This document shows positions 22,105 to 31,332 of a stretch of DNA of 64,000 nt, one piece after another. Under the pieces are notes generated by a model. That model was not told the DNA's origin, made no database searches, and saw only the letters and a list, made by a program, of their open reading frames with translations. The stretch spans positions 32,001 to 96,000 of the forward strand of contig CAVSGG010000003.1 in NCBI GenBank assembly GCA_963727455.1, in the 5' to 3' direction. The position numbers were made by a program, and so were the translations under genes. Positions within the stretch are counted from its first letter, which is position 1. Each line of letters begins with the position of its first letter. Origin of the DNA: Candidatus Krumholzibacteriota bacterium. GTDB taxonomy: Bacteria; Krumholzibacteriota; Krumholzibacteriia; JAJRXK01.

Positions 22105-22124
22105 GTTTATAGCCGGCGATAAAA
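22105..22124. repeat. Second copy of the 20-bp palindrome (GTTTATAGCCGGCGATAAAA)
   Basis: 18/20 match; starts 123 bp before its start codon, same as copy 1. Confidence 0.85.
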
Positions 22125-22227
22125 ATCTTCAGGCTGAGCTAATAAGGGGCAGAAAATGTCCTCGCAGCCAGGCGCGGTTCCCTCAAGCCGCAGACAATCC
22201 TCACTTTGATCTCTGATGGAGGTCAGC

Positions 22228-22677
22228 ATGCGGCGTCTCCTCTCATGGGTGCTCCTTGGAACCCTCACCCTCAGCGCCTGCGCCTCGGGCGCACCGCCCC
22301 CCGTGGAGACCGATACCGAAACTTCCGAAGCCGATCGTTTGCCGGAGGTCCTCTCCTCCTGCAAGCCCGGTGATCGCATCGAAGTCTGGGCCAAGAGCGG
22401 CGAGTGCTTCGAGGCCACCTTCGTGTCCTACGAAGCGTCGACTCTCACCGTCGACAACAAGACCTACAGACGGACCTACCAGCGGGACAACCGGCGCCAT
22501 CGCGCTCAGATGGAGTATACGATCGAGGAGATCGCCCGCCTTCGCGTCAATCCACCTCCCGAAGAGACTTACTCTCCGCAACTCTCGCCAATTGGCGTCG
22601 CGGCAGTTGCCATCATGACGGTAGCCGTTGTTGGCACGATCTTGTTTGCCCTAGCTTTCCGTGATGTCCGTTTCTGA
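22228..22677 (+). CDS. Hypothetical lipoprotein with C-terminal TM helix, paralog 2
   Basis: RBS GGAGGT, lipobox LSAC, hydrophobic C-terminus. Confidence 0.78.
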   Translation: MRRLLSWVLLGTLTLSACASGAPPPVETDTETSEADRLPEVLSSCKPGDRIEVWAKSGECFEATFVSYEASTLTVDNKTYRRTYQRDNRRHRAQMEYTIEEIARLRVNPPPEETYSPQLSPIGVAAVAIMTVAVVGTILFALAFRDVRF

Positions 22678-22781
22678 GCGAAACATTCCGCGTAGTGATG
22701 TCGGGGAGATTCCTCGGACTTGATTTCAGAAGCTCGCCCAAGCGAAAAAGCCCGGCACAGTGGCCACACTGTCCTCAAAGC

Positions 22782-22809
22782 AAAAAGCCCAGCCGAAGCT
22801 GGGCTCTTT
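22782..22809 (-). terminator. Intrinsic terminator after tRNA-Gln (possibly bidirectional)
   Basis: GCCCAGC-TTCG-GCTGGGC followed by TTTTT on the minus strand. Confidence 0.75.
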
Positions 22810-22822
22810 CGCGCCAAAACTG

Positions 22823-22896
22823 TGGTTGCCCGGGGAGGATTCGAACCCCCATCGACTGAGCCAGAGTCAGTTGTCCTGCCGTTGGACGACCGGGCA
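22823..22896 (-). tRNA. tRNA-Gln (CTG)
   Basis: TGCCCGG...ACTGA-CTCTGGC-TCAGT...GGTTCGAATCC...CCGGGCAACCA; U1-A72; 74 nt. Confidence 0.96.
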
Positions 22897-22994
22897 ATGA
22901 GCGTCAATAATTAGACAAGAGGGGCCCGCTTGGCAAGCTGCGATGCGTCGCGCCGCGATTCAGGGCCCTCCGCGCAGCGAACGCCGATTCGAAG

Positions 22995-24440
22995 CTAGCT
23001 CTCCTTTGCGCCGAGCAGGCGTTTGACCACCGTCTCCTTGCCCAACACCTCCATGCTGGCGAACAGGCTAGGCCCCACTCTCTGGCCGGTCAGGGCCGCG
23101 CGCGTGGGGTGCACCAGCTCGCCCAGCTTCACGCCGAGTTCCTCGGCATAGCTCCGCAACAACGCCTCCAGCGCGGCAGAGCGAAACTCCTCCAAACCAT
23201 CCACCCGCCGCCCCAGCTCGCGGAGCCGCTCCACCGCCTCCGCGTCCAGACTCTCTTCGGTCTCCGGATCCCGCGGATACTCCTCGCTGAAGTAGCACGC
23301 CAGACGCTCGGCCGCCTCGCCCAAAAAGCTGATGCGCGCGCCCATGATCTTGACGACTTCCTTCAGCTTCGCGCGCGCCGCCTCGTCGTCCTTTCCGACC
23401 AGACCCGCGCGAACCATGCGCGGCCACACCAGCGCCGCGCGCTGCTGATCGTCGAGATTCTTCATGTGCTGCGCGTTGATGTAGCGGCACTTCTCGGGAT
23501 CGAAGACAGCGGCAGTGTTGTTCAGGCGCTTCAAGGAGAAGGCCTTGATGAGCTGGGGCATCTCGAAGACTTCCTGCTCGCCGCCGGGATTCCAGCCCAG
23601 AAGCGCGAGGTAGTTCACCAAAGCCTGCGGCAGGTAACCCTCCTCACGGAATTCCTCCACGCTGGCCGCCCCGTGGCGCTTGCTCAACCTCTGCTTGTCC
23701 GGCCCCAAGATCATCGGCAAGTGTCCAAACTTCGGCAGCTTGAAACCGAAGACGTTGAAGAGGTGAATCTGTCGCGGGGTGTTGCTGATGTGATCGTCGC
23801 CGCGCAGCACGTGGCTGATCTGCATGAGTCCGTCGTCGACCACGCAGGCAAAGTTGTAGGTGGGAAAGCCGTCGCTCTTGACCGCCACCCAGTCGTCCAG
23901 CACCGCGCACTCGAACTCGGTGTCTCCGTGCACGATATCGCTCCACTTGATCGCGCCCTCGTCGGGCATGCGCACGCGAATCACCGAACTGCGGCCGTCC
24001 GCCTCGCGGGCGGCGCGTTCTTCTGGACTGAGATCGCGGCACACACCCTCGTAAATCTTCTGCCGGCCTTCGGCGATGGCCTTCTTGCGCATCGCCTCGA
24101 GCTCCCCGGGCGTGCAGTAACAGCGGTAGGCTAAGCCCTTGTCGAGCATCTGCTGCGCGTAGTCGTCGTAAATTTCGCGTCGTTCGCTCTGCACGTAGGG
24201 GCCGAACTCACCGCCGACCCCCGGGCCTTCGTCATAATCCAATTCCAGCCACTGAAACGCGCGCAGGATCTGTTGATGGCTATCCTCGGTGGAGCGCTCC
24301 TGATCGGTGTCCTCGATGCGCAGAATGAACACACCCTGTTGCCCGCGCGCGTAGAGCCAATTGAAGATGGCGGTACGGGCGCCTCCGACGTGCAGGGTGC
24401 CGGTCGGACTTGGCGCGAAGCGGACGCGGATGTGGTTCAT
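22995..24440 (-). CDS. gltX: Glutamate--tRNA ligase
   Basis: RVRFAPSPTGTLHVGGAR, LRIEDTD, YRCYCT, RLSKRHGA. Confidence 0.97.
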   Translation of the reverse strand: MNHIRVRFAPSPTGTLHVGGARTAIFNWLYARGQQGVFILRIEDTDQERSTEDSHQQILRAFQWLELDYDEGPGVGGEFGPYVQSERREIYDDYAQQMLDKGLAYRCYCTPGELEAMRKKAIAEGRQKIYEGVCRDLSPEERAAREADGRSSVIRVRMPDEGAIKWSDIVHGDTEFECAVLDDWVAVKSDGFPTYNFACVVDDGLMQISHVLRGDDHISNTPRQIHLFNVFGFKLPKFGHLPMILGPDKQRLSKRHGAASVEEFREEGYLPQALVNYLALLGWNPGGEQEVFEMPQLIKAFSLKRLNNTAAVFDPEKCRYINAQHMKNLDDQQRAALVWPRMVRAGLVGKDDEAARAKLKEVVKIMGARISFLGEAAERLACYFSEEYPRDPETEESLDAEAVERLRELGRRVDGLEEFRSAALEALLRSYAEELGVKLGELVHPTRAALTGQRVGPSLFASMEVLGKETVVKRLLGAKES

Positions 24441-25510
24441 CGACCACCGTCCTTCGATTGCGGCGCAGAACCGGACTTCGGTGCGGTATCGGGCTCTTGT
24501 GCGGGCACGGCGGGACTCTCGCTCCTCGGTGCACCCGGATCTCCCAGCTTCTGCGGATCCAAGAGCTCGAGCAGACGGGGGACGCTCACCCCGTACACCC
24601 GAGGCACCGCTTCCTCGAAGAGCACCCCTTGCTGCAGGAGGTCGAGCAGCTGCACGACTCTCGCCCAACCGTAGTCCTGCGCCAGATGCCACGCCATGAG
24701 GAAGGCGTTGTACTGGGCGATGCGACCGTCCTCCTTGCCAGTGAGCGGATAGATGGTGCGTAAGACTTCCCCTGAAGAGAGAAGCACCGAGCGATCTCCC
24801 CGAAACTGAACCATGAAATCTTCCAGCACTCCCCCTTCTTCGGCGAGATAGCTCGCCAAGCCGGCGCGCAACCACTGAGGCAGGTTTCCGTGGCACTTCA
24901 TGTCCAGAAACGATGTTGCCACCCCATTGCGAATGGCGTGCAGGGCCAGGGTGCGGCTCCACAGGACGCCGATGGGCTCGTAGGCGATGAACGGTCCATC
25001 GACCACTTGTGTAACCCAAAAGTCCTTTCCCGTGACCTTCTTGTAGTCCTTCAAGGTCGGGGCGGCGTAGATCTGGATCTTCCCCTTCGGAGTGAAGTGC
25101 AGCGCGTCCTTCATGTCCTGGTGGAACAGGTCGTGCAATTCGAGCCAGCGTCCCGTCATTTCCTCACGAACGTTGTCACTGCGATTGATCGTGAACCAAC
25201 GGCCGGTCATGGTGCTGTCGGTGACCACCAGGTCGGGATGATTCAAGCGCGTCTTGAAGTGGTAGTAGGTATTAGGTCCGTAGGGGACTCCTTCGTCGTC
25301 GTAGAGAATTCCCCACTCGCCCTGAGATTCCGCCGGCCACCAGTAGGGCTGATCGAGATTGTTGGGGTAGCCCTTCTCCGCAATGCGTGGCGCATCGAAA
25401 GTGGGATAGAGCCCCAGCCCGGGACTCGGTGTGCCCGGAGTGCTCGCGCATCCACCCAAAAGAGAAAGAGAAGCGATTGCGAGAACGAGAACGATAGCTT
25501 TCGGCGACAT
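24437..25510 (-). CDS. Hypothetical lipoprotein, degenerate peptidase MA-like fold
   Basis: Lipobox LGGC; LPQWLRAGLASYLA resembles PxWxxEGxAxY but there is no HExxH. Confidence 0.6.
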   Translation of the reverse strand: MSPKAIVLVLAIASLSLLGGCASTPGTPSPGLGLYPTFDAPRIAEKGYPNNLDQPYWWPAESQGEWGILYDDEGVPYGPNTYYHFKTRLNHPDLVVTDSTMTGRWFTINRSDNVREEMTGRWLELHDLFHQDMKDALHFTPKGKIQIYAAPTLKDYKKVTGKDFWVTQVVDGPFIAYEPIGVLWSRTLALHAIRNGVATSFLDMKCHGNLPQWLRAGLASYLAEEGGVLEDFMVQFRGDRSVLLSSGEVLRTIYPLTGKEDGRIAQYNAFLMAWHLAQDYGWARVVQLLDLLQQGVLFEEAVPRVYGVSVPRLLELLDPQKLGDPGAPRSESPAVPAQEPDTAPKSGSAPQSKDGGR

Positions 25511-25518
25511 ACCTGAAC

Positions 25519-26775
25519 CTATTCGTTTCTGAGTGCGTCGGTGATTTGCATCCGCGCCGCGCGGCGGGCCGGATACGCTCCGAAAATGAGTCCAACCATC
25601 ATAGAAAAACCCAGGGCAAGCGCCAACATCCACGCCTTCCAGTAGAAGGGGAAGCTGAGCTGCTCGTTGAGACCGCGGGCCAAGAGGTATCCCAGGATCG
25701 CGCCCGCGACCCCGCCCAGTCCAGTGAGCAACGTGGCTTCGGCCAGAAACTGGCGCATCACATCGCTCCGGCGAGCCCCCAGGGCCCGGCGCACACCGAC
25801 CTCGCGCGTTCGCTCGCTCACCGAGATCAGAAACATGTTCATCACGCCGATGCCGCCCACGAGAAGTCCGATGGAGGAGAGCACCACCAGCGCGAGCATC
25901 ACGCCCATGGTGAGCGAGTCGAGTAGCTTCTGAAGCGTTCGACTCTCCACCACCGCGAAGTCATTCTTCTGCCCGGGGCGCAACCCGCGTAGCTGCCGCA
26001 TGATGGCGATGACTTCGTTCTTGGCCTCATCGAGCGTGAAGCCGCGGCGCACCGTAGCCTGCATCGTGATCTGGTCGTGATCGGTTGCGAAGTCCTTTTC
26101 GAAAGTGGTGTAAGGAACGGTGGCGTAGTTCTCTCCCAGGCGCCCGGTGATGTGTTTTCGCTCCTGAAACACTCCGATCACCCGGTAGCGTTCGTTGCCG
26201 ACACGCACTGCCTTCCCCAGAGGATCGGCATGGGGAAAGAGTTGCTGCCAGGGGCCATAGCCCAGGACGATTACGCGGCGGCGGCGCTGGATGTCGTCAA
26301 AGTTGAGAAAGCGTCCTTCCGCGATCTTCATGCTGAAAATTTCGGTGGCGCCCTGGGATGAACCCCAGATCCAGATGAACTCCGAACGCTCCTTACCCCG
26401 AAACAACATGGGGGGTGTAACGCCCTGTCCCAATTCATGTGTGTACACCACGGCATCCAGAGTCTTGGCGCGGTCCTTCAGCTGCTCATAATCGTGCACC
26501 GTGAAGTCACGCCGGTTGGCGGCCTCCTTGGCTTCCTTGGCATCGAGAAAGTCGTACTTGGAAATGGTGAGGTAGGGTTGGTTCGCCGAAACGATGTCCT
26601 CGCGCAGTTTCTCCTTCAGACCGAAGAGCAGGGATATCATGGCCAAAAGGGTGGCGGTGCCGATGGACACGCCGAGGATGAGCAGGAGCGAACGCATGCG
26701 CTGTGAGCGCAGGGCCTCGAAGGCGATCCGCAGGTTCTCGCCGGAAAGCTGACGCCAGCGGCTGCGATCACTCAT
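25519..26775 (-). CDS. MacB/FtsX-family ABC permease
   Basis: RSLLLILGVSIG, VGGIGVMN..LISVSERTREVGVRRALGA, PARRAA. Confidence 0.92.
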   Translation of the reverse strand: MSDRSRWRQLSGENLRIAFEALRSQRMRSLLLILGVSIGTATLLAMISLLFGLKEKLREDIVSANQPYLTISKYDFLDAKEAKEAANRRDFTVHDYEQLKDRAKTLDAVVYTHELGQGVTPPMLFRGKERSEFIWIWGSSQGATEIFSMKIAEGRFLNFDDIQRRRRVIVLGYGPWQQLFPHADPLGKAVRVGNERYRVIGVFQERKHITGRLGENYATVPYTTFEKDFATDHDQITMQATVRRGFTLDEAKNEVIAIMRQLRGLRPGQKNDFAVVESRTLQKLLDSLTMGVMLALVVLSSIGLLVGGIGVMNMFLISVSERTREVGVRRALGARRSDVMRQFLAEATLLTGLGGVAGAILGYLLARGLNEQLSFPFYWKAWMLALALGFSMMVGLIFGAYPARRAARMQITDALRNE

Positions 26776-28006
26776 GCCGCAACGCCTCCACCGGGTCGAG
26801 TTGGCTCGCCTTGTGCGCGGGGATGGTCCCGAACAGGATGCCCAGCACCAGGGTGACGCCGATGCCCAGACCCACCGCCTGCATTTGAATGCTGGCCGGG
26901 ATGGGGGTCAACACGCTCACGAGCAGCGCCAGAATGAACCCGATGAGGGTCCCCAGGATTCCCCCCACCACGCTCAGGGTGACCGCCTCCACCAGAAACT
27001 GCCAGAGGATGTTGGTGCGCGTGGCGCCCAGCGCCTTGCGCACACCGATCTCGCGCGTGCGGTCGGTCACCGACACCAACATCACGTTCATGAGCACGAT
27101 CCCGCCCACGATGAGACTGATGCTGACCGTGGCCACCAGGACGTTGCGGATGTAGCCCTGGATCTTCTGCCACAATTCGAGAAGGATCTCGCTGGTCACC
27201 ACCGCGAAGTCGTTGTCTTGCGCGGGATGCAGGCGATGCCGAATGCGCAGCGCGACGCTCGCCTCGTCGATGGCCAAAGCGACATCGTTCACGTCTTTGG
27301 CCTTGATGCGAATCTCCACGCTCTGGTGGGCGGAAAAGACTTTCTGCCAGGTGGTCACGGGAATGATGATGAAGCGATCACGGCTGCTCCCCAACACGGT
27401 ACCCCGTTTGGCCAAGACGCCGATCACCGTGTATCGCCGATCGGCGATCTTGATTTTCCTTCCCACCGGATCGCGGTCTTTTCCGAAGAGTTTCTGGGCG
27501 ATCTCGTAGCCGAGAACGCACACCGGACGGGAACGTTCCACGTCCAGGCGCGCCAGATGGCGCCCCTCCTTCAGAGAAATGTCTTCGATCGCGGGATAGA
27601 CTTCGGTGCGTCCCTCGACCTCGATGTCTTCCAGACGTTCCTCTCGCCATTGCACCAGAGTTCTGGTGGACTGCTTGGCGCCGACTGCCGCGGCTGAAGG
27701 CACGTGCTCGCGCAGGTAGTCGACGTCCTTCAGAGTGAGTTTGGGGTTGTAGAGGGAATCCAGGAAGGCGTCGACGTCGGTAATGAACTGAAGGCCATTG
27801 ACGCGCTCGATGCTGAAAACTCCGCTGCCCTCCTCCAGAACTTTCTGGCGCGCATAGTGGTCGATACCGTCCAGGAGCGACACGACCGCAATGACCGACA
27901 TGACACCGACGATGTTGCCGAGCAGAGTGAGAAAGGTGCGCAGCTTGTTGACACGCAGGTTCGACAGGGCGATCCCCACGCCCTCGTTCAGCTGAACAGC
28001 CTTCAT
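26768..28006 (-). CDS. MacB/FtsX-family ABC permease
   Basis: KLRTFLTLLG, GGIVLMNVMLVSVTDRTREIGVRKALGA, LDPVEALRHE. Confidence 0.92.
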   Translation of the reverse strand: MKAVQLNEGVGIALSNLRVNKLRTFLTLLGNIVGVMSVIAVVSLLDGIDHYARQKVLEEGSGVFSIERVNGLQFITDVDAFLDSLYNPKLTLKDVDYLREHVPSAAAVGAKQSTRTLVQWREERLEDIEVEGRTEVYPAIEDISLKEGRHLARLDVERSRPVCVLGYEIAQKLFGKDRDPVGRKIKIADRRYTVIGVLAKRGTVLGSSRDRFIIIPVTTWQKVFSAHQSVEIRIKAKDVNDVALAIDEASVALRIRHRLHPAQDNDFAVVTSEILLELWQKIQGYIRNVLVATVSISLIVGGIVLMNVMLVSVTDRTREIGVRKALGATRTNILWQFLVEAVTLSVVGGILGTLIGFILALLVSVLTPIPASIQMQAVGLGIGVTLVLGILFGTIPAHKASQLDPVEALRHE

Positions 28007-28037
28007 CGGCTCACTCCAAAAGATCGGAAGAGTACGA

Positions 28038-29255
28038 TCAGTCCTTGCTAGCGCCTTCGTCCTCGTCCGACTCGGCGTTCTTCTTGGAGGGCTTCTTCTC
28101 TTCCTTCTCGATTTCCACTCGCTCGCCGCTCTTCAGGGTGCGCAACGCGGTGAAAGGTCCTTTGACCACCACTTCGCCTTCCTTGAGTCCGGAGGGCACT
28201 TCGAAGCGCTCCTCGCCCGCGATGCCCACGTCCACCGCGCGGAACTGCGCTTCCTTGGAATCGTTCAGGACGAAAACGCCCTCCTTGCCGTCCCGTTCCA
28301 CCAGAGAGGCGATGGGAATGGAGAGGCAGCTGTCGCGCTGCGCTACCGTGATGTCAGCGGTGGCGGACAGTCCCGGCTTCACCCCTTCAATCTTGTCGAG
28401 CAGGCGCAACACCACCTTGAAGTCGACCGCCTCCTGGCCCAGTCCGGTCGAGGAGAAGATGGGGCTGTTGCCCACTTCGGTGACCACCGCCGTAAATGTC
28501 GTGTCGGGATAGGCGTCGATCTCCACCTTGGCCTTCTGGCCCAACTTGACGCGGACGATCTCGGTTTCGTCGACTTTCACTTCGGCTTCCATGGTGTCCA
28601 GGTCGGCCACCGTCAGAAGTAGCGTGCCCGGGTTGTTCATGGTGCCGATGATGGCGTTCTCCCCGACCTCCACGTTGAGCCGGGTCACGATGCCGCTGAT
28701 GGGCGCGCTGAGTGTGACCTTGCTGAGGTCGTGACGCACGCGGGAGAGGTTGGCTTTGGCCTGATCCACTCGCGCCTGCGCCGCGCGCACCTGGGCCGTC
28801 TGCACCTTCACCGTGGTGAGCGCCGACTCGTATTGGTCCTCCGTATTGAGACCCTGATCGAGCAACCGCTTGGCGCGCTTCAAGTCGAGCTCGGCCTTCT
28901 CCTTGTTCGCGTTGGCCAGGGCGAGATCTTCCTGCGCGCTCTGCAGGGCGGCCTCCTGCGCCGTCACCACCGAGCGGTATTCCTCTGGATCGATTTCCAA
29001 GAGGAAATCCCCCTTGTGCACCACGTCGCCTTCCTCTACCGCCACGCGCGTGATCTTGCCCATGATGGTGGCGCTCACGTCGATGCTGCTCTTGGGCTCG
29101 AGTTTCCCGCTGGCGTTCACGACTTCGGTCAAGGGCCCGCGCGTGACGGAATCCACGCGCACTTTGGTGAGCTTCTCGCGGCTCGCGAGATTGGCGATCA
29201 CGAGTGCGCCCAAAACCACGACGACGCCGATGGCAATCCAAATCTTCTTCTTCAT
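28038..29255 (-). CDS. Efflux periplasmic adaptor (MacA/HlyD family)
   Basis: N-terminal TM, VEEGDVVHKGDFL lipoyl half, coiled coil, APISGIV, VDETEI. Confidence 0.92.
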   Translation of the reverse strand: MKKKIWIAIGVVVVLGALVIANLASREKLTKVRVDSVTRGPLTEVVNASGKLEPKSSIDVSATIMGKITRVAVEEGDVVHKGDFLLEIDPEEYRSVVTAQEAALQSAQEDLALANANKEKAELDLKRAKRLLDQGLNTEDQYESALTTVKVQTAQVRAAQARVDQAKANLSRVRHDLSKVTLSAPISGIVTRLNVEVGENAIIGTMNNPGTLLLTVADLDTMEAEVKVDETEIVRVKLGQKAKVEIDAYPDTTFTAVVTEVGNSPIFSSTGLGQEAVDFKVVLRLLDKIEGVKPGLSATADITVAQRDSCLSIPIASLVERDGKEGVFVLNDSKEAQFRAVDVGIAGEERFEVPSGLKEGEVVVKGPFTALRTLKSGERVEIEKEEKKPSKKNAESDEDEGASKD

Positions 29256-29295
29256 CTGGCTCGTCGCAGCGCGAGGCGGCGACTCTCACCTCCAC

Positions 29296-30078
29296 CTACA
29301 TGAATAATCCGTACATCAAGAGGCCGATGCCGTTGCCGAGCACCCAGGGCGCGGCAGCCGCGAACCATGCTTTGCCCTTGGAGAGCCGGTGCACGACTTG
29401 AAAGCCGATCGCCAAGAGAAAGAGCTCCCAGATGGAGAAGAAGTTGGTGAAGGACTGCAGAAAGTGATAGCCGATGCTCGAGGTGTCCGTTCCCGCTCCA
29501 AAGAGTCCAAAGAGCGGGGCCAGACTGTAGCCCACCGTCATCGCCGAGCCCTTGGCCAGCACCAAAGGCACCGTGGCAAGGAGCGCCAGACCACCTCCCA
29601 CCCAAGTGCAGAGGAAGACCACGTCGAGGGTGAGCTTGAAGCCCGCCTTGCCGCCCACCACCATGCAGGCCAACCAGTAGAAGACGGCGCCGATGGCAAA
29701 CGCGGCCGTGCCGCCGAGACCGGCCTGCACCGCCGTGATCAGGCGCTTGCCCACCGTGGGCGTCTTGGCCTCTTCGATTTTCTTCAGGTACTCCTCGTTC
29801 CCTTGCAGCTTGTCCCCGAAGGGTCCGTGCAACGCGGCTTCCATTTGCTCGGGTCCGGAGATGTGCGCGATGAGGGCGCTCCCCAAACCGACCGAGAGCA
29901 CGACCGCCACCACGCCCACCCAGGGCTGGGTGCGCCGCGCCACCGCCTCGAAGGTGGCGCGCGGCGAGACGATGATACTCAAGAGACGCGCGAAACCCCG
30001 CGGTCCTTTGGCTTCCGCCGCAGGCTGCGGCGGGGCGGGCGCCACGGGTTCTTCTGTGGGAAAGTGATCCGATGTCAT
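29296..30078 (-). CDS. Yip1-family membrane protein
   Basis: IIVSPRATFE motif, about five TM helices, typical position before a MacA-like gene; ATGA overlap with ilvC. Confidence 0.8.
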   Translation of the reverse strand: MTSDHFPTEEPVAPAPPQPAAEAKGPRGFARLLSIIVSPRATFEAVARRTQPWVGVVAVVLSVGLGSALIAHISGPEQMEAALHGPFGDKLQGNEEYLKKIEEAKTPTVGKRLITAVQAGLGGTAAFAIGAVFYWLACMVVGGKAGFKLTLDVVFLCTWVGGGLALLATVPLVLAKGSAMTVGYSLAPLFGLFGAGTDTSSIGYHFLQSFTNFFSIWELFLLAIGFQVVHRLSKGKAWFAAAAPWVLGNGIGLLMYGLFM

Positions 30079-31106
30079 CTCTGCTCCTTTGGTCCATTCA
30101 GACGACAGCGTGAAAGAAACGCCCGCAGTCCCCTGCCCGTCTCCTGCATGGGATGTTTGGCTTCTTCCTCGCGCTTCTTCTTCAACCAAGGCGAGCCCGC
30201 GGCCCGCTCTCTCAGGAACTCTCGGGCGAAGCTCCCGTCCTCGATCTCGTCCAGAAGCGTCTCCATCGCGGCGCGGCTCTCCTTGCCGATCACCCGCGGG
30301 CCGGCGCGCAGTCCACCGAAAGCGGCGGTGGGAGAAATCCCTTCGCGCATTCCGTCCACCCCTTTTTCGTGCACCAGATCGGTGATGATCTTCACCTCGT
30401 GTAGACACTCGAAGTAGGCGCCCTCGGCGCTGTAGCCGCGCGCCACCAGCAGCTCCCAGGCCGCGGTGATGAGCTCGATGAGGCCGCCGCAAAGCACGGT
30501 CTGCTCGCCGAAGAGATCGCTCACTGCCTCTTCGCGGAAGGAACTGAGAAAGCCGCCGCCCGCGAGCGCACCGCACCCCTTCGCGTAGGCCAGCGCCACT
30601 TGCAAACTCTCCTCGGGCGCAGGTCCCTGCACGCCGATGAGCCCGGGCAGGCCGCCTCCGTTCTGAAACGACGCGCGCAGCGCATGCCCCTGTCCCTTGG
30701 GCGCCACCAGGAGTACGCGCCGGCTCTCCTCGAGTTCGAGTAACTCGAAGGCCACCGCGAATCCGTGAGAAAAGGCGAGGTAGGCTTCGGGGTCCATGGC
30801 CTCTCGCAGATGCTCGTCGTAGATCTTCGCGTGGAGCTCGTCGGGAAGCAGCAGCATCACCAGAAACGCCCCGCGTGCGGCGGAGGCGAAATCCTCCACC
30901 AGAAAGCCGGCCTCTCGCGCCTTTTGCGCGTGGGAGCTCTGGGGCCGCAGGCCCACCACCACCTCCATCCCGCTGTCGCGCAGGTTGAGGGCGTGGGCGT
31001 GCCCCTGGTTTCCGTAGCCCAGGATGGCGATGCGCTTTCCCGCAAGGAGCGAAAGATCGCCGTCCTGAAGATCGAACTGACGGCGGCTGGTAGGTGCTTG
31101 CGACAT
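30075..31106 (-). CDS. ilvC: Ketol-acid reductoisomerase
   Basis: ILGYGNQGHAHALNLRDSG, LLPDE, FSHGF, APKG, DLFGEQTVLCGG, AYFECLHE. Confidence 0.95.
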   Translation of the reverse strand: MSQAPTSRRQFDLQDGDLSLLAGKRIAILGYGNQGHAHALNLRDSGMEVVVGLRPQSSHAQKAREAGFLVEDFASAARGAFLVMLLLPDELHAKIYDEHLREAMDPEAYLAFSHGFAVAFELLELEESRRVLLVAPKGQGHALRASFQNGGGLPGLIGVQGPAPEESLQVALAYAKGCGALAGGGFLSSFREEAVSDLFGEQTVLCGGLIELITAAWELLVARGYSAEGAYFECLHEVKIITDLVHEKGVDGMREGISPTAAFGGLRAGPRVIGKESRAAMETLLDEIEDGSFAREFLRERAAGSPWLKKKREEEAKHPMQETGRGLRAFLSRCRLNGPKEQR

Positions 31107-31203
31107 GGTGGTTTGCGGTGTCGAGCCGCGGCGCGGAGGTGAGTTGGGGCCTTGCTCTAGATCCTAGTCCCGCCTTGGGGTGGGGACAAGGCAAAGGGCG
31201 GGT

Positions 31204-31232
31204 TTGACACCGCTTGGCGGCGAAGATACCTT
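31204..31232 (+). promoter_or_regulatory. sigma70-type promoter for tRNA-Met/tilS
   Basis: TTGACA-17-TACCTT. Confidence 0.55.
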
Positions 31233-31332
31233 TGCCCCTTGCCGAAACGGCCCTGGCGCCATGCACGGCCCAAATGGCCTCAGCGCCTTGTACAGCCTTA
31301 CTCGCACCCGGGATTCCGGGCGCAGCTCGGGG

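Noticed and set aside
21503-22677. Diversity-generating retroelement TR/VR pair
   Set aside because: Differences between the copies are not adenine-specific and no reverse transcriptase is present
21085-22820. Integron cassette array
   Set aside because: No RYYYAAC...GTTRRRY attC structure after the stops and no integrase
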